NCBI GenBank assembly: GCA_951406725.2 | Contig: OX597824.1 | Span: forward strand, 66,650,001-66,714,000 | DNA from: Octopus vulgaris | Taxonomy: Eukaryota | Direction: 5' to 3' | Length of the DNA: 64,000 nucleotides | Program-made: the position numbers and the translations under genes | Shown: positions 41,235-54,164 of the stretch, in pieces | Numbering within the stretch: position 1 is the stretch's first letter | How the letters are laid out: each line of letters begins with the position of its first letter | The notes under the pieces: generated by a model | Database searches by the model: none | What the model was told of the DNA's origin: nothing | Seen by the model: only the letters and a program-made list of their open reading frames with translations

Positions 41235-41829
41235 AGTCCGAAAGGTGGCCAAAGTTGTTGGAAAGCTGGTAGATAATCATGTAGTCAGCAACTAGATATC
41301 ATGATGTGGACTGTGTTATGAAGGACATTCATCTTTAAAAGCGCACTAAAAGGAAAAGAAATAACAGAAACAATGTAAAGACAATTTCTTTGGTGTCAAT
41401 GATATGACAAAGTGCACCCATTCCAATAATTACATGCACAGCAACAGAATTGGCGGTTATTTTCTCTATTGATGTGTATTCCATATGATGAAGGACCACA
41501 GTGGGTGGCAAAATGCCTTGAGATCTTTCCAACCCATGGCAACATGAGAAAAAACATGTCAAAATGATGGTGATGATGATTGCTGTGGTAAAAGTGATAA
41601 TGACGATAACGATGACGATGATGATGATGATGACGTCAATGATAATAGGAACATAGCATGCGCTCACACACACGCACAATCATATATATATACATATATG
41701 TATGTATGCATATATGTATGCATGTATGTATATATATATATATGTATATATATGTATATATGTATGTATATATATATATGTGTGGATATATACATGTATA
41801 TATGTATATAAATATATACACATATATAC

Positions 41830-41880
<51 letters not shown>

Positions 41881-42183
41881 AATATACACACATGTATATG
41901 CTTGTGTTTTGATTGATACACATAAAGCAAATAATTTATGTCATACACACTACAATGGTCTGATGCTTCAACTGGTCACATGATTGAATGAAATGTTCTT
42001 TTTTTGGTTGATAAAAAGACATTAATGTCCCAGCCAATATGTCTCATGCTTAGCTGGTTTCTTGATTTGGTTATAATCAATTTATATAGACAGGGTCTGT
42101 GCGTATGCATGTATATATATATACATACATATGTATATATCGTATATTTAAATGCAGGTATGTGCTTATTTGTTCCCATGCTC

Positions 42184-42240
<57 letters not shown>

Positions 42241-42248
42241 CATACATA

Positions 42249-42288
<40 letters not shown>

Positions 42289-42889
42289 TGCAAGCATACA
42301 TACTACTTAGACTCATACTACTTATACTTACAGTCATTCATACACATACAATATGGAATATTAATCTGTATGTATATATGCCTATGTATTTTACATGTAC
42401 ATATGTACATATGTATGTATATTTATCTGTGTGTGCATTTGGTGATTGTGCATTTGTTACCAGATCTGTAATTGATACACAATTAAAAATACACAGGTTT
42501 TTCACAGCATGTCAAGGTTTGGGACTCATTATAAATACATCAAAGACAAGCTTTCTTTCCACTTGAACTAGAAAGCAGCAGAAAGAACCCTATATTTCTA
42601 TAAATCAACATTAAAATGTCCGAAAATCTTTTTACTTATTTAGTATAAAAATTGGGAGATTTTATTGTGGTCTATAAAGAAAGCAACATATTAGAGCAGA
42701 AATCAAGAGCCATTTGTATAAATTGAGTTATGTGCTTGAGAGTCTGGAAGCAAATGTAACAAGAGCATAGTGGTCAAAAAATTAAAGCTTACACATTGGT
42801 AGTTGTACCAATACTACTATATTTCTCTGGATCCTGGATTAAAATCTGTTGGTACTATAAACAATTAGACAACATTCTTAGAAGAATTA

Positions 42890-44040
42890 TTTCGAACCTA
42901 GGTTCTCATTCCTAAGGTATTTTTCGATGTCATTATCATCATCAACATCACCATCATCATGATCATTCAGGTCACTGCCTGGAATCGAACTCAGAATCTT
43001 GAGGTTAGTAGCCCGTGTCTTAACCACTATGCTATATGCCCGTGGGCAATTATGTTGTGAATTTTAGGGCTTATAAATCTAATATTTTCCTATCCTTCTT
43101 TAATACCAGTTCCCATATGCTACTCATATCTGCACTAGGTCTGCTTAGGAGGTTATTATGTCCCAGCATGTGTGCTGTTTCTTTTAGTTTTTGTTCTCTG
43201 TCTATTATTTTAACTTCATCCCACAGGGGGAGGTGGTCTCTGTTTTTCCATACATGATCAACTATACCTAATTTATCAATATCTCCTCATGTCACAGCTT
43301 TGTGATGTTCCTCTACCCTTATTTTGAGTGGGTGGCATGTTTCACCTTTGTATAACGTACTACAGCTGCATGTGAAAGAGTACACACAGTCTTGGGTCAT
43401 ATTCTCTTCTATTGGTGGTTTTACTCAAAGGAGATATTTCCGAAGGGTTGTATTACTCTTGAATACTGTCCTGATGTCATATGGGCCGCTTATCTTTTGT
43501 AACTTTTCGGAGAGGCCTTTCACATAGGGTAGACAGACTATGCTCAGTTTATGGGTTTCTCTTCATAATTGGAGTGGATAATATGTTTTTGGGGTAGTTG
43601 TTGCTTCATAGATTGTTACTGAGCTTGATCATTTCTTTGTGGTGTGTATCAGGATTGCTACTTATATTCTTTGCTCAATGTTTTAGGCACTGAGCAATCC
43701 CTCCCTTTACACTTTATGGATGGTGGGAATTGAAGTTGAGGCATCGTCTAGTGAAGGTTGGCTTGTGGTATATAGATGTCCTGGATCCATACTTGGTACG
43801 TGTGATTAATATGTCCAGAAATGCTAGCTGATTGTCTTTTTCCTTTTCCATTGTGGACTGCATGGATGGCTTTATTGAGCTTACATGATCTAACAGTGCT
43901 TGGACATCTTCCTGGTGGAGCCAGAGTATAAAGGTGTCATCAACATATCGCAGCCATAGGGTTGGTTTTAGTGGTGTTGATCCTAAAGCCAAATTCTCAA
44001 AGTATTCCATGTATATATTGACTAATATTGATGATAATGG
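42890..44040 (-). mobile_element. Penelope-like element 3' half: RT + GIY-YIG followed by a tRNA-like terminal repeat
   Basis: PTLWLRYVDDTF...LAFLDILI...YHKPTFT..LNFNSHHP; CVYSFTCSCSTLYKGET...EEH; stop at 43071-43073, then tRNA-like head 43041-42970. Confidence 0.92.
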
Positions 44041-44585
44041 ACATCAGGACAGTATTCAAGAGTAATACAACACTTCGGAAATATCTCCTTCGAGTACATA
44101 CATACATACATACATATATACATACAAATATACCCTGTAGATGTTGAAATTCCAATAAAGGAGTTTTGGATCTAAGTTAGGAACTGGCTCTTTCTCTATT
44201 GGTAAGAAATCTTGAAATAAAATTGAATGACATGCACACACACACACACACACGCCTACACATAAATACACACACATGCACACACACAAATGCACACACA
44301 CGCACACACATATGCATGTATGTATAGCATCATCATCATCATCATCATCATCGTTATCGTAATCCTTGTCATTGTTTTAATATACTTTTTTCTTGATTTG
44401 ATTGAGTAGATGAGATTATGTTGAGACAACTGTTTCCAAGCAATGTAATAATTCCTTAATCTATCAAACAACAGATGTCTCTGATATTGTTGTGCAGAGA
44501 GCTGGAAATGAGTTTTTTATTTACAAAGATTGCACGACATGAAGATAAAGTACATACTCACACACAGCTGTACATACATACATAG

Positions 44586-44632
<47 letters not shown>

Positions 44633-44679
44633 CATACATATTGTTGTGGCAAGATTACGACAATCTCTGATGAGAATAG

Positions 44680-45255
44680 TTGGGATTAGTAGTGGTCTGA
44701 AGTAGCCGGCAGTTCAAGTGTTGCAGAGTCAGAGCTAAGATATGTGTAATGGACCAAGTGGGTATCAATACCACCAGATGGGCTCATGTGGTAGAGTCTC
44801 AGTGTCACAGTAATGCCCCATTAAGGTCTTTGACGAACCACCAGGAGCAAACAGTATCTGAACCTGAGGAGATGTGTATGGCCTTACACCAGCATTTTGC
44901 CAGGCTGTTTCAAGGGAAGGGGGAAGCAATGGGCCAGAATGTAGAGAGGACCTCATGAACTTCTTTGCCAGTCTACCGTGCCTCTTGCAGAGGGAGGCAG
45001 AGTCCTGTGAAGGGCCAATCACAGCTGCAGAAGTGGAGGAGGCATTGTTGGAGTGTGGTGGGGGACAAGTCACTGGGTTGTGATGGTCTCCCCTATGAAT
45101 TATATTATACTATACCAGACTTGTTTGGGCACCTGTTGGCCTATGTCTTCAATAATTGGTAGCAGAATGGGAGTATTCCTGTGTCTGTGAGTCAGGAAGT
45201 GGTGGTACTGATCAGAAAGGACCCAAACAAGGGGGATGTAATCGACAATTTTAGG
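44680..45255 (+). mobile_element. L1/Tx1-clade ORF2 relic
   Basis: EGPITAAEVEEAL...KSLGCDGLPYELY...VVVLIRKDPNKGDVIDNFR. Confidence 0.85.
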
Positions 45256-45397
45256 AAGGGAACATCATCTTTCAAGTAACTCAGAATAGGTAAATGTAAG
45301 CTTGCCAAAGATTAATGCAGTTTAAATATGGAAATTTAGATTGTTTGGTATTGGACATACATTGTATACAGTGTTCCTAATCAATTTAATAACTGTC

Positions 45398-45915
45398 GCA
45401 GGTGGACAGTCGAAATAAATAGAGAAAATCTTTTCACTTTTATAAAAAGATTAAAAAAATACAGAAGATCCTACATACAAAAACTATGTCCATTTATGTC
45501 TGTTTACATGGGAACTCTGGGTCAAATATTTAGTACCTGACCATCTTTGGAACATAAGTAATGTGTGTGTAAAGTTTGGTGAAAATCAGTTGAGAATTGT
45601 GGAAATGTATGTGTTCAGCATCCCTAGTCAGTTTAATCACCGTCACTGGTAGACAGTGGAAATAAATAAATAGAAAAAATCCTTCCACTTTTATAAAAAA
45701 AACAATTAAAAAAGTATGGAAGACCCTACATACAAAAAAAATATGTCCATTTACGTTCATATATGCAGGAACTTTAGGCAAAATGTTATAAGTGCAAGAC
45801 CATCCTTGGGACATAAGTAATGTGTGTGTGTAAAGTTTGGTGAAAATTGATTGAGAATTGTGGAAATGTATGTGTTAGTCATTATACACACACATACTGT
45901 GATTATATAAACTAG
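45398..45915 (+). repeat. Two ~245-bp tandem units of a non-autonomous (possibly Helitron-like) element
   Basis: ggtggacagtcgaaataaatag...gtggaaatgtatgtgtt repeated. Confidence 0.6.
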
Positions 45916-46653
45916 ATATCCAAGAGTTAAGGAATGGAGTAGATAAAGCCTGGGTTACATATATTTCATAGTGAGCAGAACCTTGGAAGTAGTAAATATC
46001 CAAGAAAGATGTATATCATAGGTCACTCTTCAGGCCAAGGTTATCTTGACAGTATGAAGATAAATCTGATTGAATACTCTGTGTGTTAACATGTGCCTCC
46101 TAATGATAAGGTATCTTTGGCCTGATGAGTAGCTAGTGGAGTACCCCTCATTGAGTAATTATTACTTCCAAGATTCTGCTAGCTAGACAACATATGTAGC
46201 CTGGATTTTACCTCAAATTGGATACATATACATATATATATATTCTTTTATTCTTTTACTTGTTTTAATCATTTGACAGCAGCCATGCTGGAGCACTGCC
46301 TTTAGTTGAAGAAATCAACCCCATGACTTATTCCTTGCAAGCCTAGTACTTATCCTATCGGTCTCTTTTGCTGAATCACTAAGTTTCAGGGATGTAAACA
46401 CACTAACATCAGTTGCCAAGTGATGTTGGTGTGGTTGTCAAGTGATGATGGTGGTGGATGGGACAAAAACGGACACATGCAGACATAAACATATGCATGT
46501 ATATATGACTGGCTCATTCCAGTTTTCCCCAACCAATTCCACTCACAAGGCTTTGGTTGGTCCAAGGCTATTGTAGAAGACACTTGCCCAAGGTGTCATG
46601 TAGTGGGACTAAGCCCAGAATCATGTAGTTGGGAAGCAAACTTCATGTATATA

Positions 46654-46690
<37 letters not shown>

Positions 46691-46838
46691 CTTTTCATAT
46701 CACCATGTTCTCTTCCATATCAGCTAACTCTGATGAATGTAAAATCAGATTGTTACCTAATGCTCCATTGTATTCTTTACACGAAACTGATTGTTAAGCT
46801 CAACTGTGATGAAGATTTAATTCTATACATTTTGAATA

Positions 46839-46878
<40 letters not shown>

Positions 46879-46902
46879 ATGATGATGATATATATATATA
46901 CG

Positions 46903-49745
46903 TATGGATGATGCAAATAACCTTTTGATCTGCAATACCAACTTCAGGAAGCCAGCCAGCCACCTGATAAACTATCAATCAGGTGACTCTGCAAGCCAGA
47001 TCGATTTCCTTCTCCCCAGGCAGTGGGATTCATGGCTGCTCTTAAATACAAAGACCTTCCCTGGTGAAGAATGTACTACTCAGCATAGACTAGTGGTTAG
47101 TGACTTTAGACTTCAAGCCAGAAGGACCAATTTGGAAAAAAAGGATTTGGAAGCTTAAGGACCCTTCATATGGTCAGAGATTTAGGTTACATCCTAATTG
47201 AGATATTTGATGAGAGGGAGGAAGAGCTACAAACTTGTGACATAGAGGGCAAGTGGGAATTCCTGTGAGACAGCTTGCTGAGTGCCACAAACCAAATCTG
47301 TGGCTGGTGCAAAATCGCTTCCAGGATAATGTGGTGGTGGAACAATACTGTGGACAGGGCCATTAGAGCAAAGAAACAGGCCTGGAAGAGTGGGGGCAGC
47401 AGGGAACTGTATCAGATAGCCAGAAGGGGAGCCTGGAGACAGGTATATCTAGCAGAAAAGAAGAAGTTGGCCTATGTTCAGCATCACGAGGACCAAAGAA
47501 CTGAAGTATTTCGGATTGCAAGGCATTGTGTGAGAGAAAATTGTGATGCCACAGGAGAGATGATAGTGCACTTCTTTTTGATGAGTCTGCAAAGAAAGAG
47601 GCTTGGAGATGCCATTATGAAAGACTGCTGAATGTGGAGAATGAATGAGAGGAGGAGAGTCTACCAAATGTTGACCCAATTGAGGGACCAGCTACCCTGG
47701 TAGATAAAGCAATTAAGGATATGAAGATAGGGAAAGCCCCTGGCCCATCAAGAATCACTGCTGAAATGCTTAAAATATCTGGTAGTGTGGGTTATGGTCT
47801 AGTCACCCGTATTGTAAATCAGGTGGTTCATGAAGGAGTCATACCCAATGACTCACATAGCAGCACCATAGTCAACTGCTACAAAGGTATAGGTGATGCC
47901 TTAGAAATAATTACAGAGGTATCAAATTGTTGGATCAGGTGATTAAAGTTGTGGATAGTGTCATAGTCCAACTAATTAGGGAGAGAGTTAGTCTAGATAA
48001 GACGCAGTTTTGTTTTGTGACAGGTAGAAGCATTACTGATGTTATATTTCTGGTAAGACAACTGCAGGAGAAATACCTAGCCAAAGATAAACCTCTGTAA
48101 TTGGCTTTTGTTGACTGGAGAAAACTCTTGACAAAGTCCCCTGATCCCTTATCGGATGGGCAATGCAGAAACTAAGGATAGACAAGTGGTTGGTGAGAGC
48201 CATAAAAGCCTTGTACAGGGACGATACCAGTAAGGTGAGAGTGGGCAATGAGTACAGTGAAGAATTCAGGGTACAAGTAAGGGTTCACCAAGGATTGGTG
48301 CTCATCCCCCTCTTGTTCATCATAGTCCTCCAGGTAATAACAGAGGGATTCAAAACAGGCTGCCCCTGGGAGCTCCTCTATGCTGATAACCTGTTCTTAT
48401 AGCTGAATCACTACCAGAACTAGAGAAGTTACAGATGTGGAAGCAAGGTCTAGTATCAAAGGGCCTTACAGTTAACCTATCAAAAACCAAAGTTATAGAA
48501 AGTAGGAAGATAGACAAATCACAAATCTCTTCAGGTAGATGGCCCTGCTCAATCTGTAGAAAAGGTGTTGGTAGAAACTCCATAAAATGCACCCAATGTA
48601 AGCTTTGGATGCATAAAAGGTGCAGCAACATCAGAGGAAGGCTAACAGGGAAACTAACTTTTGTATGTGGAAGGTGCACAGGTACAATAAACACTGAAAA
48701 TGTGCAGAAAATAGACCCCATCAACTGCTAGGGGCACACACTAAAGGTAGTAGATAGCTTCCATTATCTAGGTGACCAAGTTAACAGTGGAGGTGGATGC
48801 ATCAAGAGTGTAGCTGTGGGAATAAGATTAGGCTGGGCAAAGTTCAGAGAGCTCCTATCACTGCTGGCAACAAAGGGCCTTTCCCTCAGAGTGAAAGCAG
48901 ATTGCTTGATGCCTGTGTGCTTACAGCTATGCTGCATGGCAGTGAAACAAGGGCTATGACAGCCGAGGATATGCATAGTCTTGAAAGAAATGAAGATAGT
49001 ATACTTTGCTGGATGTGCAATGTCAGTGTGCATGTTTGACAGTGTGTGAACATCTTGAGAGAAAAGTTAGACACAAGAGAAATCAGATGCAGTGTGCAAG
49101 AGAGTCAACTGCACTGGTATGATCATGTGATGTGTGTGGACGAGGGCAGCTGATCTTTAACTGTGGAAGGAACCTGTGGTAGAGGTAAATTCAAGAAAAC
49201 ATGGGATGGGATGGTGAAGTACAATCTTTGAACTTAGAGCCTCACAGATGCAATAACTGGTGACTGAGACCTTTAGCAATGTGCTGTGCTTGAGAGGACC
49301 TATGAGGCCAAGTGTATCCGTGCTTATGGCATGTAAGGAATATCTTTCGAATGTTGGTACTCACAGAGGCAAAGTGGCTGAGTTCCTTTTGAGCATTGAG
49401 CCTCATGGAGGCAATGATCAAGACATTTGGCATTATGTCGTGCTTGGGAAGAAGATCCATCAAGCTGAGCAAAAGTGCAATCGTAGCAGATACTGATACA
49501 CACAAATTGGCACCCATGCCAGTGACATGTAAACACACACTGGTGTCACACAGATGGCACCCATACTGGTGGCACATAAAAGCACCCATTACACTCTCAG
49601 AGTGGTTGGCATTAGGAAGGGCATCCAGCCGTAGAAATTCATGCCAAATGAGACTGGAGTCTGATGCAGCCTTCCAATGTGCCAACCCAGTCAAACTGTC
49701 CAACCCATGCTAGCGTGGACAATGGACGTTAAATGATGATGATGA
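46903..49745 (+). mobile_element. RTE-clade LINE (APE C-terminus, RT, PHD finger, 3' UTR, (GAT)n tail), decayed
   Basis: SQIDFLL...TQHRLVVSDF; GKAPGPS; VHQGLVLIPLLF; ELLYADNL; C4HC3 finger; many stops/frameshifts. Confidence 0.95.
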
Positions 49746-49891
49746 TGATATGGCAATGGAAACAGGTATAATAGAGCTCAAAATGAGTATATGTATATTT
49801 TTATTAATATTTAGCCAAAGGAACAGAGCGATGCCATTGCATGAAACCCTCAGACCTTGAGTCACCTTGTTACTTCTGCTAAATATTAATA

Positions 49892-49929
<38 letters not shown>

Positions 49930-50735
49930 AAATAATACATATAATGTACATGAGTTAAGAGAAATGACTTAGAGTGGTTGGTGGCATGAATTTGGATAAC
50001 AAAGACAGGAAAACTATAGTAAATATAATTATGGAAACTAAATTTGCTTCAAAAGCGATGAATAAACACCTAAAAGCAATTGCAACCAACTCCAGTTGGA
50101 AAGGGGGTTATTCTCAAAGAGCCAACAATTTTCCTGAACTAATATGCTTTTAAGGAAAAGACAGTCTTTTACTTCAGCTAATTGTGAACTAATTCCAGAT
50201 AGTACAAATGATTTAATTCTTTTTTTAAATTCTGATATTTAATTATAAATGGTTTAAAGCAGGAATCCTTCAGTATTAAACTTGTCTCCAGAGAAAGTCA
50301 ATTGTGAATTTCCTTCCAAACAATATAGATACACCCATAACTTCTTTCAGAGACATAGGGCCCAATATTTGAAATGGTGGACTACAACCTTAATTACCCA
50401 TATATTACGCAACAGATAAATCACTGCTTACAAACAATTAATAATAAATATCAGCTTTATTAAGATTACCAGTCAACCTAACCACCAATAATATCTGTGA
50501 CATCAGATACCCTACTTTGCTTGGCATAGCAGGGTATCTCATGACGCAGTGAATGGATGTAAAAAGTCAAAGAGATAATAATTATTTCTAAAATAGACAC
50601 AAGGCTCCAACTCTCAAGATATGTATTATATATCTTTGTGTGTGTGTGTGAATCATGACAATTGTTTCGACACATCCTCATGGGTGGGACACTCAACAAT
50701 TAGTTCAGGAGCATCCTGTGGTGCAAATGCATACG

Positions 50736-50783
<48 letters not shown>

Positions 50784-50859
50784 CATATATATATGTATAT
50801 ATATGTGTATATGTATATATATATATACATAAATACATATATACATATATATACACAAC

Positions 50860-51685
50860 AGAGTGTAAGTACCTTGAGAGAAAAGTTGGTGAGAATGGAT
50901 GAGGATAGCTGTGTGGAAAAAGTGTCACACCCTAGAGGTTGAGGGAACCTGTGGAAGAGGTAGACCCAGGAAGACCTGGGATGAAGTAGTGAACATTAGA
51001 CCTCACCGAGGCAATGACTAGTGACCGAGATCTTTAGAAATATGCTGTACTTGAGAAGACCCAGCAAGCCAAGTGAAACCATAACCTCATGGCCTATACC
51101 ACTGGTGTAACCAGCCTGCTTATGTGTACCTTTCTTTCATTGGACACTAAACTCTGCTTGAGAAGACCTGTTGAGGCAAGTGAAATCAATATCAAATTCG
51201 CTGACATGGCCGATGACAGCACCGCCTGTCTGGCATTGATGCTTGTGGAACATTAAGAGGACCATCAGAGTGTGATTGTTGCCAGGGCCACTGACTGACT
51301 CCTGTGCTAGTGGCATGTAAAAAGTACCATTTGAGCATGAGCGTCACCAGCATCACGTTACTGGCACTTGTGCCGGTGGCACATGAAAAACAACATTCAA
51401 GTGAGGTCATTGCCAGTGCCGCTGGACTGACACTTGTGCAGGTGGCACTTAAGAAACACCATTTGAGCGTGGCCATTGCCATTACCACCTGACTGGCCCT
51501 CGTGCCGGTGTCATGTAAAAGCACCCACTACACTCTTGAAGTGGTTGGCGTTAGGAAGGGCATCCAGCTGTAGAAACTTTGCCAGATCAGATTGGAGCCT
51601 GGTGCAGCCATCTGGCTTGCCACTCCTCAGTCAGATCATTCAGTTCATGCCAGCATGGAAAGTGGACGTTAAACGATGATGATGA
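50860..51685 (+). mobile_element. 5'-truncated RTE copy (further 3' ends at 53350-53902 (+), 14586-14760 (-), 21003-21190 (-), 38610-38770 (+))
   Basis: Shared 3' end gcacccactacactctcggagtggttggcgttaggaagggcatccagctgtagaaac...gttaaacgatgatgat. Confidence 0.85.
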
Positions 51686-51878
51686 TATATATATATAGTC
51701 AGACTGGGAATGCATTAGTAAAACATTCAAGTGTGCACCAACAGCAAATTAAGGACCCTTATGTTCATCAGATACTTTTAAGCAACCATCTGGCAACATG
51801 TGGTCAGTTTATAATATTCCTATTCTACAAACTACACAACTCATGTAAAACTGAGAGAAAAGTCAGAGAAAAGAACTT

Positions 51879-52706
51879 GGATCTTTTCTATTTGGTTGCC
51901 AGCAGCTCCAAAAATTAAAGTTTACCGAAAATTTTAAAATTTGGCACAGTAATACACTTGCCCAAACTGAATTACGGGAGCTATTTTGTTTTTTCCAGAA
52001 AAATGTTTTTAAAAAGTTATAGAGGTTTAAAGTTTGACCATTTTCACCCAGTCAGGAAACAGGATTTTGTGCTGTCATTTTGTGTCTGAATGCACATTTT
52101 ATCGTCAACATCCTGAAAATAGCATGTGTTGTCAATATTTGGAAATAACACCTGTTATGTCTCTGGTAATTTTCTTTTATGTAAATAAATCTTATTTAGC
52201 TGTTATTTTTAGCATGAAGGTTCTCTGGTAATTTTCTTTCATGTAAATAAATGTTAATTTAAAAGAGAAAAGCAGTTAGTTTTAAATCTCTGAGTGAGAT
52301 GTTGGTAAATAAACTTTAATTTAAAAGATTTATTTAAAATATCTTATTTAGCTGTTATTTTTAGCACACCTCACAACCACCTCAATGCTCAATGTCATAA
52401 AGAAATGAGGAAACAAGACTGCTGTCAACATGTGTTTCTTCACAGACTTTTCAAAGACTGTTACTATGGCAACAGGCAAAAGAGTTCTCAAGTTACTATC
52501 AAAACAGACATGAATGTGTCTGTGGCTTACGATTAGATAAAATTACCAAAATTTTCAAACTTTAATTACTAATAACTCTTTATTTATTGACTTATAGCAA
52601 AAATTACTTTCACTTCCTTAATTAGCGTATAAAAGAGTATCATTACACTGAATAAGAAATCAATTCGAACAGAAAATTACTGCTGGCAACCAAACAGAAA
52701 AGATCC
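51879..52706. mobile_element. Non-autonomous DNA transposon with ~27-bp TIRs
   Basis: ggatcttttctatttggttgccagcag ... ctgctggcaaccaaacagaaaagatcc. Confidence 0.8.
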
Positions 52707-54164
52707 AAGAATTTTATTGATAAATTCGAACCTGTTCTAAATAGACCATTATTGTAATTAATGGTGGTAATAATAATAATAATAATAAATAATACTGCTA
52801 TTATTACTGTACTACTGCTACCACTGCCACCACTAACAACAACAATAAAGATCATAGGAGGATGGTAGTAGTGTTGACCATATGAACATTGACTTAATTG
52901 AAAGGCAAAATTTTCTGGAGTAACAATAGAATTCAATGTAAACAGGAATGTTGTTTACAACATTTCAAAGTATAGCCAAACAATTATTCTTTTAGGTGTA
53001 AAAAATCCTTGACATGCCTACCAAATTGTGACGTCTAAGCCATATATTGTTTGGTCGAAATACAGTTGGAACTTAGCTGGCACACTCACCAACTTGTCAC
53101 ATTTAAGTCACATGCAAATTGGTCAAAATACAGTTCATAAGATTCACCTTGCTGGAACCCATCGGAGGGTATTTAAAGGATAAATCCAACCAATTCACTA
53201 CAGTTGTCAATTGTGGAACATGATTGTCGCTACACAAATTTGGTGACTGCATAATGCATGAAAGTACTAGTTTGTTTCAATATTATAAAATTGTAAAATA
53301 GTAAAAATTGCAAATATTAAAACATGAAAATGAGACTAAGTTGGAATTCATTGATATCAAAATTAAATTTGATGATTGGCATCTGTGAAAGCTGGGTGAA
53401 AAGAGCACCATACGAGCGTGATCGTTGACAGAGCGGCTAACCGGCTTCCGTGCCAGTGGCACATAAAAGGTACCATTCGAGCGTGATCGTTACCAGCGTC
53501 GCCTTACTGGCACTTGTGCCCGTGCTAGTAGGGTGCTAAGAGCACCAACTGAGCGTGATCGTTGCCAGAGCGGCTAACTGGCTACCGGTCCGGTGGCACG
53601 TAAAAGGCACCATTCGAGCATGATCGTTACCATCATCACCTTACTGGCACCTGTGCTGGTGGCATGTGTAAAAAGATTCGAGCAAGGTTATTGCCAGTAC
53701 CGCCTGACTGGCCCCCATGCCAGTGGCATGTAAAAGCACCCACTACACTCTCGGAGTGGTTGGCGTTAGGAAGGGCATCCAGCTGTAGAAACTCTGCCAG
53801 ATCAAGATTGGAGCCTGGGGCAGCCATCTGGTCCGCCAGCCCTCAGTCAAAATCGTTCAACTCATGCTAGCATGGAAAGTGGACTTTAAACGATGATGAT
53901 GATATATATATATATATATATATATTTATGTATGTATACTTTTCTTTTATTCTTTTATTTGTTTCAGTCATGCTAGAGCCATGCTAGAGCATCACCTTTA
54001 GTCAAACAAATTGACCCTAAGACTTATTTGTTGTAAGCCTGGTACTTATTCTATTGATCTCTTTTGCTTTTGGTGTCATTATGGGGACATAAACACACCA
54101 ACATCAGTTGTCAAGCAATGATGATGTGGGGACAAACACACACACACAAACATATACATACATA

